Shown here piece after piece: positions 20,274 to 30,045 of a stretch of 64,000 nt of DNA (positions within the stretch are counted from its first letter, which is position 1; each line of letters opens with the position of its first letter). Location: the NCBI GenBank assembly GCA_963789885.1, contig CAWBNB010000049.1, positions 1,304-65,303 of the forward strand, given 5' to 3'. Source of the DNA: an uncultured beta proteobacterium. GTDB taxonomy: Bacteria > Pseudomonadota > Gammaproteobacteria > Burkholderiales > SG8-39. The translations under genes and the position numbers were made by a program. The notes under the pieces were generated by a model. That model was not told the origin of the DNA. It did not search any database and was given only the letters and a program-made list of their open reading frames with translations.

Positions 20274-21188
20274 ATGATCATCGAGACCCAGGAAGACGTC
20301 ACCCGCGCGGTCATCGCGGAGATGCACCGCACGCCGGACGCGCGCACGAAAGAGATCCTCGAAGCCCTGGTGCGGCACCTGCACGCGTTCGTGCGCGAGG
20401 TGCGGCTGAACGAGCGCGAGTTCCAGGCGGCGATCCGGCTCGTCAACGCGATCGGGCAGCATACGACTGCGAGCCACAACGAGGCGATGCTGATCGCCGG
20501 CGCGCTCGGCGTGTCGAACCTCGTTTGCCTGCTGAACAACGGCGCCAACGGGACGCAACCGACCCAGGCGAACAACCTCGGGCCGTTCTGGCGCGCGGGC
20601 GCGCCGCACGTCGAGAACGGCGGCTCGCTGCTGCGCTCGCCGGTGCCCGGCGAAGCACTGTTCTTCAAGGGCCGGGTGCGCGACGCGGGCGGGCGGCCGA
20701 TCGCCGGCGTGCAGGTGGATGTCTGGCACTCCTCGCCGGTCGGCCTGTACGAGAACCAGGACCCATCGCAGGCGGAGATGAACCTGCGCGGGATATTCAC
20801 GACCGACGCGGACGGCTCCTTCGCGTTCCGTAGCGTGAAGCCGGGCGCCTACCCGGTGCCGATCGAGGGACCGGCCGGGGTGCTGCTCGGCGCGCAGAAG
20901 CGCCACAACTGGCGTCCGGCGCACCTGCACTTCATCTTCTTCAAGCCCGGCTGGAAGACGATCGCCTCGCAGGTCTACACGAACGACGACAAGTATCTCG
21001 AGACCGACTCGCAGTTCGGCGTCACGAAGGCGCTGATCGGGCACTACGTGAAGCACGAGGGCGAGCCGGCCCCGGGCCCCGGCGTGGACGGGACGTGGTG
21101 GTCGCTCGATCACACGTTCGTCCTCGAGCCGGGCGAGGCCCGGATGCCCGCGCCGCCGATCTCGAAGAAGGTGGAAGCCGGCGCCTAG
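20274..21188 (+). CDS. Intradiol ring-cleavage dioxygenase (hydroxyquinol/catechol 1,2-dioxygenase family)
   Basis: N-terminal helical dimerisation region plus the catalytic core (VDVWHSSPVGLYE..., RPAHLHFIF). Confidence 0.9.
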   Translation: MIIETQEDVTRAVIAEMHRTPDARTKEILEALVRHLHAFVREVRLNEREFQAAIRLVNAIGQHTTASHNEAMLIAGALGVSNLVCLLNNGANGTQPTQANNLGPFWRAGAPHVENGGSLLRSPVPGEALFFKGRVRDAGGRPIAGVQVDVWHSSPVGLYENQDPSQAEMNLRGIFTTDADGSFAFRSVKPGAYPVPIEGPAGVLLGAQKRHNWRPAHLHFIFFKPGWKTIASQVYTNDDKYLETDSQFGVTKALIGHYVKHEGEPAPGPGVDGTWWSLDHTFVLEPGEARMPAPPISKKVEAGA

Positions 21189-21220
21189 CGCTGACGCTGT
21201 AGCGCGCTGACGCGTCGCGC

Positions 21221-22513
21221 CTATCGCACCGCGAACGGCGCGTTGTACGGCCGTCCGAACGGCACGCCGCCCACCACCGCCTGCACCGGCCGCAGATGCA
21301 CCTTGCCGTCGCGCTCGTTCTTGCGCGTGTCGACGAATCGCACCGGGCCTTCGACGACGTCGAGGATGCTGACGTCGCCGGGCGCGCCGTTCTGCAGCGT
21401 GCCGAGCTTCGGCGCGCGGTTGATGATCCGCGCCGGGTTGATCGTCGCCATCGTCACCACCTGCTCGAGCGTGAAGCCCATGTTCAGGAACTTGCTCATC
21501 ACCCAGGTGAGGTAGGGCATCCCGGGCGTGTTGCCGGAGAAGACGTGGATATCCGAGGAGATCACGTCGGGCGTCGCGCCCTGCTGGATCGCGGCCTCGG
21601 CGATCGTGTAGTCGAAGCTGCCGCCGCCGTGTCCGACGTCGAACATGACACCGCGGCGCTTCGCCTCGAGCGCGGCGGGCAGGAGCTTGCCGTCCTGCAC
21701 GATGTTCGTCCCCTCGCCCGCCTCGTTCGGGAAGCCCGAGTAGCTGTGCGTCAGGATGTCGCCCGCGCGCAGGGTGTTCAGGATCTGCGACATCAGCTCG
21801 CGGGTCTGCACGCCGCCGATGTGGCACATCACCTTGCCGCCGGTGCCCGAGAGCTCGCACGCGCGGATCGCGCGCCGCAGCGGCTCGAGGCCATGCTTCG
21901 CGATCACGTTCTCCGACATCCGCACTTTCACGCCGATCACCATGTCGGCGTTCTCGGCGACCGCCTTGGCCGCCGCGTCGGTCTGCGCGTAGTCGATGTT
22001 GAAGAGCTCGCCCACCGGGAAGCCGGCGAGCCCGATGTTCGCGATGTGGACGAACGCGTAGAGCCGGCAGCGGGTCTGCGCGACGATGTGGCGGCGGAAC
22101 ACGGCGAAGTTGTTGGCGCCGGCATCGCCCGCCGACACGAGCGTGGTCGTTCCCTGGAACGGCACGAGCTCGTCGGCGGGAATCCCGATCGCCGAGCCGT
22201 ACGGGAACACGTGCGAGTGCAGATCGATGAGGCCAGGTGTGACGAGCTTGCCGCTCGCGTTCAGGACGCGGAGCGCCCGATCGGCCGGGATGTCGGCCTC
22301 GACCGCCTCGACCACGCCGTAGCGGATGCCGATGTCGCGCCGCGCGCGCAGCTTCTGGCTCGGGTCGAGGACCTCGCCGCCCTTGATCACCAGGTCGAAC
22401 TTGTCGTTCGGGCCCATCGCGGCCTGCACCGCGCGTCCCACGAGCCCCGAAACGGCGAGGGCGGAAACCGCCCCGGCGCCGGCGAGAAACCGGCGGCGAT
22501 CACGTATGTTCAT
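21221..22513 (-). CDS. Amidohydrolase/deacetylase family metallohydrolase with Tat signal
   Basis: Tat motif DRRRFLAGAG. Metal-binding GLIDLHSHV. Dihydroorotase-like fold pattern. Confidence 0.85.
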   Translation of the reverse strand: MNIRDRRRFLAGAGAVSALAVSGLVGRAVQAAMGPNDKFDLVIKGGEVLDPSQKLRARRDIGIRYGVVEAVEADIPADRALRVLNASGKLVTPGLIDLHSHVFPYGSAIGIPADELVPFQGTTTLVSAGDAGANNFAVFRRHIVAQTRCRLYAFVHIANIGLAGFPVGELFNIDYAQTDAAAKAVAENADMVIGVKVRMSENVIAKHGLEPLRRAIRACELSGTGGKVMCHIGGVQTRELMSQILNTLRAGDILTHSYSGFPNEAGEGTNIVQDGKLLPAALEAKRRGVMFDVGHGGGSFDYTIAEAAIQQGATPDVISSDIHVFSGNTPGMPYLTWVMSKFLNMGFTLEQVVTMATINPARIINRAPKLGTLQNGAPGDVSILDVVEGPVRFVDTRKNERDGKVHLRPVQAVVGGVPFGRPYNAPFAVR

Positions 22514-22641
22514 TGTTGGCCTCCCTTGGTGGCCCGCTCACGTTGAGCCGCGCCCGGAGGAGCGTCAAGCTGCGACGCAGCACCGCGGGACGCTGCCCAC
22601 TGCTGTACCCTCCGGGACTCCTCCCCCGGAGCGCACCGTCC

Positions 22642-23577
22642 ATGACCACCGCCGCGCGCGAGCGTTACACCGGCGTCTTCCCTATCGCCCCCACGCCTTT
22701 TACCGACCGCTTCGACGTCGATCTCGACGGCCAGCGGCGCGTGCTCGACTGCATGATCGACCAGGGCGTCGACGGCATCTGCATCCTCGCCAACTACTCC
22801 GAGCAGTTCCTGCTCACCGACGCGGAGCGCGACACGCTGCTCGACCTCTGCCTCAAGCACGTCGCCGGGCGGAAGCCGGTGATCGTGACGTGCAGCCACT
22901 TCAGCACGCGGATCGCGATCGAGCGCGCGCGGCGCGCGGAGGCGGCCGGCGCGCGGATGCTGATGCTGATGCCGCCGTATCACGGCGCGACGCTGCGCGC
23001 GGACGAACCGGGCGTGTTCGAGCAGTTCGCGCGCATCGCCGAGGCGGTCTCGATCCCGCTGATGGTGCAGGACGCGCCGCTAAGCGGCGTGACGCTCTCG
23101 GTGCCGTTCCTCGCGCGGCTCGCGCGCGAGGTGCCGCAGGTCTGCTACTTCAAGATCGAGGTGCCCGGGGCCGCGGCGAAGCTGCGCGCGCTGATCGCTG
23201 CGGGTGGCGCGGCGATCGCCGGTCCGTTCGACGGCGAGGAGAGCATCACCCTGATGGCCGATCTCGAAGCGGGCGCGACCGGCACGATGCCGAGCGCGCT
23301 CGCGCCCGATCTGATCCGGCCGGTGCTCGAGCACTATCGCGCCGGGCGGAAGAGCGAAGCCGCCGCGGCGTACGCGCGCATCCTGCCGCTCCTCAACTAC
23401 GAGAACCGCCAGTGCGGCCTGCGGGCGACGAAGACGGTGATGAAGGAAGGCGGCGTGATCAAGAGTGACGCCGTGCGACATCCGCTCGAGCCGATGCACC
23501 CGCAGACGCGCGCCGGGCTGCTCGCGCTCGCCGCCGAGCTCCAGCCGCTCGCGTTGCGCTGGGGCAAGGGCAACTGA
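22642..23577 (+). CDS. Dihydrodipicolinate synthase/N-acetylneuraminate lyase family protein
   Basis: GVFPIAPTPF...GVDGICILANYSE...MLMPPYH family pattern. Start at the ATG at 22642. Confidence 0.85.
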   Translation: MTTAARERYTGVFPIAPTPFTDRFDVDLDGQRRVLDCMIDQGVDGICILANYSEQFLLTDAERDTLLDLCLKHVAGRKPVIVTCSHFSTRIAIERARRAEAAGARMLMLMPPYHGATLRADEPGVFEQFARIAEAVSIPLMVQDAPLSGVTLSVPFLARLAREVPQVCYFKIEVPGAAAKLRALIAAGGAAIAGPFDGEESITLMADLEAGATGTMPSALAPDLIRPVLEHYRAGRKSEAAAAYARILPLLNYENRQCGLRATKTVMKEGGVIKSDAVRHPLEPMHPQTRAGLLALAAELQPLALRWGKGN

Positions 23578-24323
23578 CGGCCGCCACGCTGCTCGAGGCC
23601 GCGCGCAGGCTCTCGCGCTCGCTCGCGAAGCTCGAGTTCCCGCCGCCGGTCGCGCACGTCTACGACCCGCACCAGTATGCGTGGGCGCCCTACGAGGCGT
23701 ACGTCACGCGTTATGGCGCGGGTCCGAAGCGCGTCGTGCTGCTCGGCATGAACCCGGGGCCGTTCGGAATGATGCAGACCGGTGTCCCGTTCGGCGAGAT
23801 CGCGGCCGTCCGCGACTGGATGGGGATTCGCGCGGCGGTCGACAAACCGAAGCGCGAGCATCCGCGGCGGCCGATCGAAGGCTTCGAGTGTGACCGCTCG
23901 GAGGTCAGCGGGCGGCGACTCTGGGGCTGGGCGGCCGACCGGTTCGGTGCCGCGGAGGCGTTCTTCGCCGACTGGTTCGTGCTCAACTACTGCCCGCTCG
24001 CGTTCCTCGAGGCGTCGGGGCGCAATTTCACGCCGGACAAGCTTCCGGCGCAGCTCCTTCGCGCCGTGCACAACGCCTGCGATGCCCACCTCGCCGTCGC
24101 GCTGACCGAGCTCGCGCCGGTCCATGCGATCGGCGTCGGGGCATTCGCGGAGAAGCGGATCCGCGCCGTGCTGGAAAGCGATCGCGTCGACGGCGTAGCG
24201 GCGCGGAAGATCAGGGTCGGACAGATCCTTCATCCGAGCCCGGCCAGCCCGGCGGCGAACCGCGGCTGGGTCGAGGCCGCTGAGGCGCAGCTCGCGGCGC
24301 TCGGCGTGCCGCTGCCGCGCTAG
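23574..24323 (+). CDS. SMUG1-type (family 3) uracil-DNA glycosylase; start codon uncertain
   Basis: GMNPGPFGMMQTGVPFGE motif. The frame is open and family-like (LLEAARRLS...VAHVYDPHQYAW) back to 23469, with no in-frame ATG/GTG/TTG before 23736. Start tentatively placed at the CTG at 23574, which overlaps the upstream TGA. Confidence 0.7.
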   Translation: MTAATLLEAARRLSRSLAKLEFPPPVAHVYDPHQYAWAPYEAYVTRYGAGPKRVVLLGMNPGPFGMMQTGVPFGEIAAVRDWMGIRAAVDKPKREHPRRPIEGFECDRSEVSGRRLWGWAADRFGAAEAFFADWFVLNYCPLAFLEASGRNFTPDKLPAQLLRAVHNACDAHLAVALTELAPVHAIGVGAFAEKRIRAVLESDRVDGVAARKIRVGQILHPSPASPAANRGWVEAAEAQLAALGVPLPR

Positions 24324-24325
24324 GG

Positions 24326-24351
24326 GCGGCTGCGGCCGTTCGCGCAGCCGC
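24326..24351 (+). terminator. Possible intrinsic terminator hairpin (9-bp GC stem, 8-nt loop)
   Basis: GCGGCTGCG-GCCGTTCG-CGCAGCCGC begins 3 nt after the glycosylase stop. Only a weak TCTC tail follows. Confidence 0.3.
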
Positions 24352-24430
24352 TCTCGGGGAGCGGGCGCTCGGACGGACGCACCCGGGACGGTGCTAGATT
24401 ACGCACCCGCAGCAGCATCGGAGCCCGACC

Positions 24431-25681
24431 GTGAGCGCACTCGAAACCGTACCGATCGCACGCGCGTGGCCGCAGGAAGGGCCCGGCCGCGCGCCGTACT
24501 GGGTCTTCTCGGACCCCGACGTCTACGCGCGCGAACAGGTGCGCATCTTCCGCGGCCCGATGTGGCACTACGTCGGACTGGAGGCGGAGATCCCCGAGGC
24601 GGGTTCGTTCAAGTGCACGCGGGTCGGCGACGCGCCGGTCATCGTGTGCCGCGACGAGTCCGGCGCGCTGCGGGCGATGGTGAACCGCTGCGCGCATCGC
24701 GGAAACCTCGTCTGCCGCGAAGAGCTCGGCAAGGCGCAGGAGTTCTACTGCGTCTACCACGCCTGGGTCTACAACCTGAGCGGCGATCTCAAGTCGGCCG
24801 CGTTCCGGCGGGGCCTGCGCGGCGAGGGCGGGCTGCCGGCCGACTTCCGGCTCGAGGATCACGGCCTGCAGAAGCTGCGCTGCGAATCGTTCTGCGGCCT
24901 CGTGTTCGCGACGTATTCGCCCGACACGCCGCCGCTCGCGGACTGGCTGGGCGAGGCGGGCGACGGCATCCGCCGCACGCTGATCAAGCCGCTGAAAGTG
25001 CTCGGCTACGACACGCAGCGCATCAACGCCAACTGGAAGAACTACCACGAGAACCCGCGCGACTCGTACCACGCGAACATCCTGCATGCCTTCTACGGCA
25101 CGTTCGGCATGTCGCGACAGTCGCAGGAGTCCGCGATGTTCATCGAGCGGAGCGGCCGGCATCAGTACTTCTACACCAAGGCCGGCACCGAGAAGCCGTC
25201 CGCCGATTACAAGGAGACCGCGTCCGGCCTGCGTTCGCACAACGAGGGGTTCAAGCTCGAGGACTACTCGATCCTCCAGTGGCAGGACGAGTACGGCGAC
25301 GGCATCAGCGTCCAGATCCTGTCCCTGTATCCGAGCTTCGTCCTGCACCAGATCGCGCACAGCCTGGCGACCCGGCAGCTCATCCCGAACGGCCCGGACT
25401 CGTGCGATCTCAACTGGACCTACTTCGGCTTCGCCGACGATCCGCCGGAGCTGACCGAGCGCCGGCTGATGCAGACCAACCTCGTCGGCTCGGCGGGGAT
25501 GGTCTCGATGGAGGACGCGGCGGTGTGCAACATGATCCGGCGCGCGACCGGCGGCGCCGGCGACGCCGCCTCGGTGATGTACATGGGCGGCAAGGATCTC
25601 GTGAGCGGCGGCACCACCAAGCTTTCCGAACGGGGCTTGCGCAACTTCTGGCAGACCTACCGCACCGACATGGGCTACTGA
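24431..25681 (+). CDS. Rieske [2Fe-2S] aromatic ring-hydroxylating oxygenase, alpha subunit
   Basis: Rieske motif CAHRGN...x17...CVYHAW. C-terminal catalytic domain. Confidence 0.9.
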   Translation: MSALETVPIARAWPQEGPGRAPYWVFSDPDVYAREQVRIFRGPMWHYVGLEAEIPEAGSFKCTRVGDAPVIVCRDESGALRAMVNRCAHRGNLVCREELGKAQEFYCVYHAWVYNLSGDLKSAAFRRGLRGEGGLPADFRLEDHGLQKLRCESFCGLVFATYSPDTPPLADWLGEAGDGIRRTLIKPLKVLGYDTQRINANWKNYHENPRDSYHANILHAFYGTFGMSRQSQESAMFIERSGRHQYFYTKAGTEKPSADYKETASGLRSHNEGFKLEDYSILQWQDEYGDGISVQILSLYPSFVLHQIAHSLATRQLIPNGPDSCDLNWTYFGFADDPPELTERRLMQTNLVGSAGMVSMEDAAVCNMIRRATGGAGDAASVMYMGGKDLVSGGTTKLSERGLRNFWQTYRTDMGY

Positions 25682-26160
25682 TGCCGGTCGACGCGGCCGT
25701 GCAGCGCGCGATCGAAGCGCTCGTGTACGAGTGGGCGCGGGCGATCGACGAGAACCGCCTCGAGGACCTCGCGGGGCTCCTCACCGAGGACGGCGAGTAC
25801 AAGGTCGCCTCGCGCTACAACCTCGACCGCGGGCTGCCGCTCGCGGTGATCCACACCCGCTCGCGCGGCCAGCTCCGCGACCGCATCACGTCGCTCCGCG
25901 TGGCGAACATCTACGAGGCGCACTGCTACCGGCACCTCGTCTCCGGCGTGCAGGTGATCGGGGAGGAGGCGGGTGCCTGCGAGGTGCGGTCGAATTACGC
26001 CGTGATCCGGGTCATGGAGCACGACGGCGCAAGCAGCATCTTCTCCACCGGCCAGTACCGCGACAGCGTCGTCCTCGAGGGCGGCACGCCGCGCTTCCGG
26101 CGGCGGCACGTCGTCTTCGACTCGAAGGCGATCGATACGCTGCTCGTGTACCCGCTGTAA
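25681..26160 (+). CDS. Ring-hydroxylating oxygenase beta subunit (SnoaL/NTF2-like)
   Basis: 159 aa. Its ATG overlaps the alpha-subunit TGA (TGATG). Typical beta-subunit start (VQRAIEALVYEWARAIDENRLEDL). Confidence 0.8.
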   Translation: MPVDAAVQRAIEALVYEWARAIDENRLEDLAGLLTEDGEYKVASRYNLDRGLPLAVIHTRSRGQLRDRITSLRVANIYEAHCYRHLVSGVQVIGEEAGACEVRSNYAVIRVMEHDGASSIFSTGQYRDSVVLEGGTPRFRRRHVVFDSKAIDTLLVYPL

Positions 26161-26216
26161 CGGTAACGCGCCCGCTGGCGCCCCCGCGGCCTCCGGCCTC
26201 GCGGCGCTCCATTCCT

Positions 26217-27185
26217 TCAGTCTATCTTCGCGCCGGACTCCTTCACCACCTTCGACCACTTCGCGATCTCGGTCTTGATGAAGTCGCCGAAGCGCTCCGG
26301 CGTGCCGCCGGGGAGCTCCGAGAGGCCGCCGGGCGCGAGACGCTCGCGCACGTCGGGCGATTCCAGCGCCTTCGCGACCTCCGCGTTCAGGCGATCGATG
26401 ATCTCGCGCGGCGTGCCGGCCGGCGCGAGATAACCGAACCACGCCGTCGCCTCGTAGCCCGGCACGCCCGCCTCGGCGAGCGTCGGGACGTCCGGCAGCG
26501 GCGCGGCCCGCTTCGCGCCGGTCACGCCGATCGCGCGGAGCTTCCCGGCTTTGACGTGCGCGAGCGCGTCGGGCGCGACCACGAATGCGAAGTCGACCTG
26601 TCCGCCGAGCATCGCCGTGACCGCCGGGGCGCTGCCCTTGAACGGGACGTGATTCAGCTTGAGCCCCATCGTCGTGGCGAGCATCTCCGCCGACAGGTGC
26701 TGCGAAGTGCCGTTGCCGTTCGACGCGTAGCTGAGGCCGCCCGGCTTCTGCCGCGCCGCCGCGACGAGTTCCTGCACCGACTTGATCGGCGAGGACGGAT
26801 GCACGACGAGAATGTTCGGCGTCGTCGCGACGAGGATGATCGGCGCGAAGTCCTTGACCGGGTCGTACGGGAGGTTCGCGTACAGGCTCGGCGCGATGCC
26901 GTGCGGGCCGATGCCGCCGACCATGATCGTGTAGCCGTCGGGAGGCGACTTGGCGGTGAACTCGGTGCCGAGGCTGCCGCCGGCGCCGACGCGGTTCTCG
27001 ACGACCATCGGCTGGCCGATGCTCTCGCCCACCTTCTGCCCAATGGCGCGCGCGATCACGTCGTAGTAGCCGCCGGCCGGGTTCGGCACGACCACGCGGA
27101 TCGGCTTCGAGGGATAGGGCTGCGCGGACGTGCCGGCGGCGGCGAGCGCGAGGGCGAAGGCAGCGAGGGTCGGGATGGGTCGCAT
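26217..27185 (-). CDS. Bug/TctC family substrate-binding protein
   Basis: Signal peptide plus YPSKPIRVVVP, PPDGYTIMV and NGNGTSQHL. Confidence 0.9.
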   Translation of the reverse strand: MRPIPTLAAFALALAAAGTSAQPYPSKPIRVVVPNPAGGYYDVIARAIGQKVGESIGQPMVVENRVGAGGSLGTEFTAKSPPDGYTIMVGGIGPHGIAPSLYANLPYDPVKDFAPIILVATTPNILVVHPSSPIKSVQELVAAARQKPGGLSYASNGNGTSQHLSAEMLATTMGLKLNHVPFKGSAPAVTAMLGGQVDFAFVVAPDALAHVKAGKLRAIGVTGAKRAAPLPDVPTLAEAGVPGYEATAWFGYLAPAGTPREIIDRLNAEVAKALESPDVRERLAPGGLSELPGGTPERFGDFIKTEIAKWSKVVKESGAKID

Positions 27186-27246
27186 GGGCTCTCCTGTGCG
27201 GGCGCGCGGCGAGTGTAGTGCATCCCGCCGCGTGGAAGCGTCCGCC

Positions 27247-28089
27247 TCACTCGAGCCGATATCTCTTGCGCCGCACGAACGCCCCGAAGTCCGCCCGCTG
27301 CGGCTCGCTGTACTGACGCGCCTTGTCCTCGGTCCAGCCGTAGCGCTCGGCGGTGCCGAAGCGCTCGGCGAGGCGCTGTCGCCGGTACGGGCGATCGCGG
27401 ATGCGGCGCTCGTCGTAGCCGTCGAGCTCCAGCTCGACGCGGCGCGCGTCGTAGCGGCCTTGGTGCACCGTCGCGGTCAGCGCGAGCCGCGGACTGAACG
27501 GCTCGTACGCCTCCGGCCAGCCGAGCGTGAGGCCGGCGATCGGGAACACCCAGTCGGGCAGCGCCAGCCGCTCGGCGATCGCCTGCGCGTGATTGCGGAT
27601 CTCGCTGATCGGACAGCTGCCGAGTCGAGCGAGCCCCGCCGCCTGCACGAACGTCGAGAGCACGATCGCGCCATCCACCGCCGCGTTGAAGAATGCGTCG
27701 AGGTGCTCGTTCGGAAACGCGAGCCCGCGCCGCTCGAAGATCCGCCGCAGCCGGAAGCCGTCGCCGCAGAAGACGAGGAACTCCGGTGCGCCGGCGATCC
27801 ACGGCGAACCCGGCAGCAGGGCATGGATCGCCGCGCGATCGGCCGGCGCGGTCACGCGCACGATGCTCGCCTGCTGCAAGTCGCTCTTGGTCGGCGATGC
27901 GAGCGCGGTCGCGAACAGGATTCGCAGCAGCGCCTCGGGCACCGGTTCGGCGCGGTAGCGCCGGCAGACCGCGCGTTCATTCATCGCCGCCAGAGCGTCG
28001 GCGCCCGCAAGGTCGGCCGGGACCTGGACGCTTTCGTCGTAGCGGCGGTGAATGGCGGCACCGATGCGGGCAGGAGCGGATGTGCTCAT
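27247..28089 (-). CDS. Nitroreductase family protein with a C-terminal extension of about 70 aa
   Basis: Nitroreductase core (RAVCRRYRAEPVP...SPTKSDLQQ...). Start at the ATG at 28089, preceded by GGAGAG. Confidence 0.75.
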   Translation of the reverse strand: MSTSAPARIGAAIHRRYDESVQVPADLAGADALAAMNERAVCRRYRAEPVPEALLRILFATALASPTKSDLQQASIVRVTAPADRAAIHALLPGSPWIAGAPEFLVFCGDGFRLRRIFERRGLAFPNEHLDAFFNAAVDGAIVLSTFVQAAGLARLGSCPISEIRNHAQAIAERLALPDWVFPIAGLTLGWPEAYEPFSPRLALTATVHQGRYDARRVELELDGYDERRIRDRPYRRQRLAERFGTAERYGWTEDKARQYSEPQRADFGAFVRRKRYRLE

Positions 28090-28186
28090 CGCGGTCTCTC
28101 TCCTCGAATGCGCGCTGCATGGTAGCCCACGCGCCGCGCGCGCTCCTGTACGATCCGCGGGCGACCATTCCAAGGAGGCGGTAACA

Positions 28187-29155
28187 ATGCACCAGTCGAT
28201 TCGGGCGCTGATCTGCGCTGCAGCAATGCTCGTGCCGGGCCTGGCTGCCGCGCAGGCCTATCCGCACAAGCCCGTTCGCATCATCGTGCCGTTCCCGGCC
28301 GGCGGCCCGGCCGATCTGTTCGGACGCGCGCTCGCGCAAGGGATGACCGGCAGCCTCGGCCAGCCGGTGATCATCGAGAATCGCGCCGGGGTGGGCGGCG
28401 TGCTCGGCGTCGACAACGTAGCGAAGGCGCCGCCGGACGGCTACCTGCTCGCACTGAACAGCGGCTCGGCGGTGGCGATCGCGCCGTTCTCGATGGAGAA
28501 GATGCCCTACGACCCGAAGAAGGACCTCGCACTCATCACGACCGTGGTCAAGGTGCCCGAGGTGCTCGCGGTGCATCCGTCGCTGCCGGTGAACACGCTG
28601 GCCGAGCTGATCGCGTACGCGAAGGCGAATCCCGGGAAGATCAACTTCGGCTCGGCCGGGGGCGGCACGATCACGCATCTCGCCGGCGAGCTGCTCAAGG
28701 CGGAAGCCGACGTGAACTTGGTCCACGTGCCCTACAAAGGCGCGGCGCCCGCGGTGCAGGATCTGCTCGGCGGGCAGGTGCAGATGGGCGTCTTCGACGT
28801 GCCGGTGCTGCTGCCGCACCTCCGCTCGGGGAAGCTCAAGGCGCTGGCGATCACGAGCGCGAATCGGTCGGCCGCGCTTCCCGACGTGCCGACGACCGCG
28901 GAGCTCGGCTACCCGAAGGTGAACTCGGACAACTGGTACGGGCTCGTCGCGCCCGCGGGCACGCCGCCCGAGGTCCTCGCCCGGCTCCACGCCTCGGCGA
29001 CGGCGGCGCTGAAATCGCCCGAGGTGATCGAGCAGTACGCGAAAGTCAGCGGGATCGCCTTCCCGTCGTCGGCGGCGGAGTACGCGGTGTTCATCGACAC
29101 CGAGCAGGCGAAGTGGGGTCCGGTCGTGAAGGCGATCGGGTTCAAGCAGCAGTAG
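28187..29155 (+). CDS. Bug/TctC family substrate-binding protein
   Basis: AAGGAGG SD. Signal peptide plus YPHKPVRIIVPFPAGG and PPDGYLL. Confidence 0.9.
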   Translation: MHQSIRALICAAAMLVPGLAAAQAYPHKPVRIIVPFPAGGPADLFGRALAQGMTGSLGQPVIIENRAGVGGVLGVDNVAKAPPDGYLLALNSGSAVAIAPFSMEKMPYDPKKDLALITTVVKVPEVLAVHPSLPVNTLAELIAYAKANPGKINFGSAGGGTITHLAGELLKAEADVNLVHVPYKGAAPAVQDLLGGQVQMGVFDVPVLLPHLRSGKLKALAITSANRSAALPDVPTTAELGYPKVNSDNWYGLVAPAGTPPEVLARLHASATAALKSPEVIEQYAKVSGIAFPSSAAEYAVFIDTEQAKWGPVVKAIGFKQQ

Positions 29156-29175
29156 GTCGAATCAGCGGCGGCGTG

Positions 29176-30045
29176 ATGGCCGCGCTCTCGAAACGCCTGC
29201 CAGCGAACGTCCCCGGCGAGTTCTTCGTCGACTCGACCTGCATCGACTGCGGCACCTGCCGGCAGGTCGCGCCCGAGTCGTTCGCCGAGGGGCGCGACGC
29301 CTCGTACGTCCACCGCCAGCCGGTCGACGAGCCGGCCGCGCAGCGGGCCGCCATGGCGCTCGTCGCCTGCCCGGTCGCCGCGATCGGGACGGAGAGAAAG
29401 CGCGGGCTCGCCGCTGCGCGCGCGGCGTTCCCGGAGCCGATCGAGGACGGCGTCCACTACTGCGGCTGGGCGGCCGAGTCGAGCTACGGCGCACGGAGCT
29501 ACCTGATCGTCCGATCGCGCGGCAACATCCTGATCGACTCGCCGCGCTACGCGGCGCCGCTCGTCGATGCGATCGAAGCGCTCGGCGGCCTGCGCTGGAT
29601 GTTCCTCACGCATCGCGACGACGTTGCCGACCACCGCAAGTTCCGCGAGCGCTTCGGCTGCGAGCGCATCCTGCACCGGGACGATGTCGTCGCCGGCACG
29701 CGCGAGGTCGAGATCATGCTCGAAGGCGAAGTGCCGGTCGCGTTCGACGACGAGGTCTCGTTCATCCCGGTGCCCGGGCACACGCCCGGTTCGACGTGCC
29801 TGCTCTACCGCGAGAGGTTCCTCTTCTCGGGCGACCACGCCTGGTCGGACGCGAAGGGCGAGCGCGTCGCCGCGTCGCGAGGCGTCTGCTGGTACGACTG
29901 GGATCGCCAGGTCGCGTCGATGGCGCGACTCGCGGACCACCGCTTCGAGTGGCTCCTCCCCGGCCACGGCATGCGCTGCCGTCTGCCGGCGGAGCGCATG
30001 CGCGAGGAAGTCGAGCGCTGCGTGGCGCGCATGAAGCGCGCGTGA
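29176..30045 (+). CDS. Ferredoxin-like domain fused to an MBL-fold metallo-hydrolase
   Basis: N-terminal CIDCGTC...ACP cluster motif. MBL motifs THRDDVADH and VPGHTPGS. Confidence 0.8.
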   Translation: MAALSKRLPANVPGEFFVDSTCIDCGTCRQVAPESFAEGRDASYVHRQPVDEPAAQRAAMALVACPVAAIGTERKRGLAAARAAFPEPIEDGVHYCGWAAESSYGARSYLIVRSRGNILIDSPRYAAPLVDAIEALGGLRWMFLTHRDDVADHRKFRERFGCERILHRDDVVAGTREVEIMLEGEVPVAFDDEVSFIPVPGHTPGSTCLLYRERFLFSGDHAWSDAKGERVAASRGVCWYDWDRQVASMARLADHRFEWLLPGHGMRCRLPAERMREEVERCVARMKRA

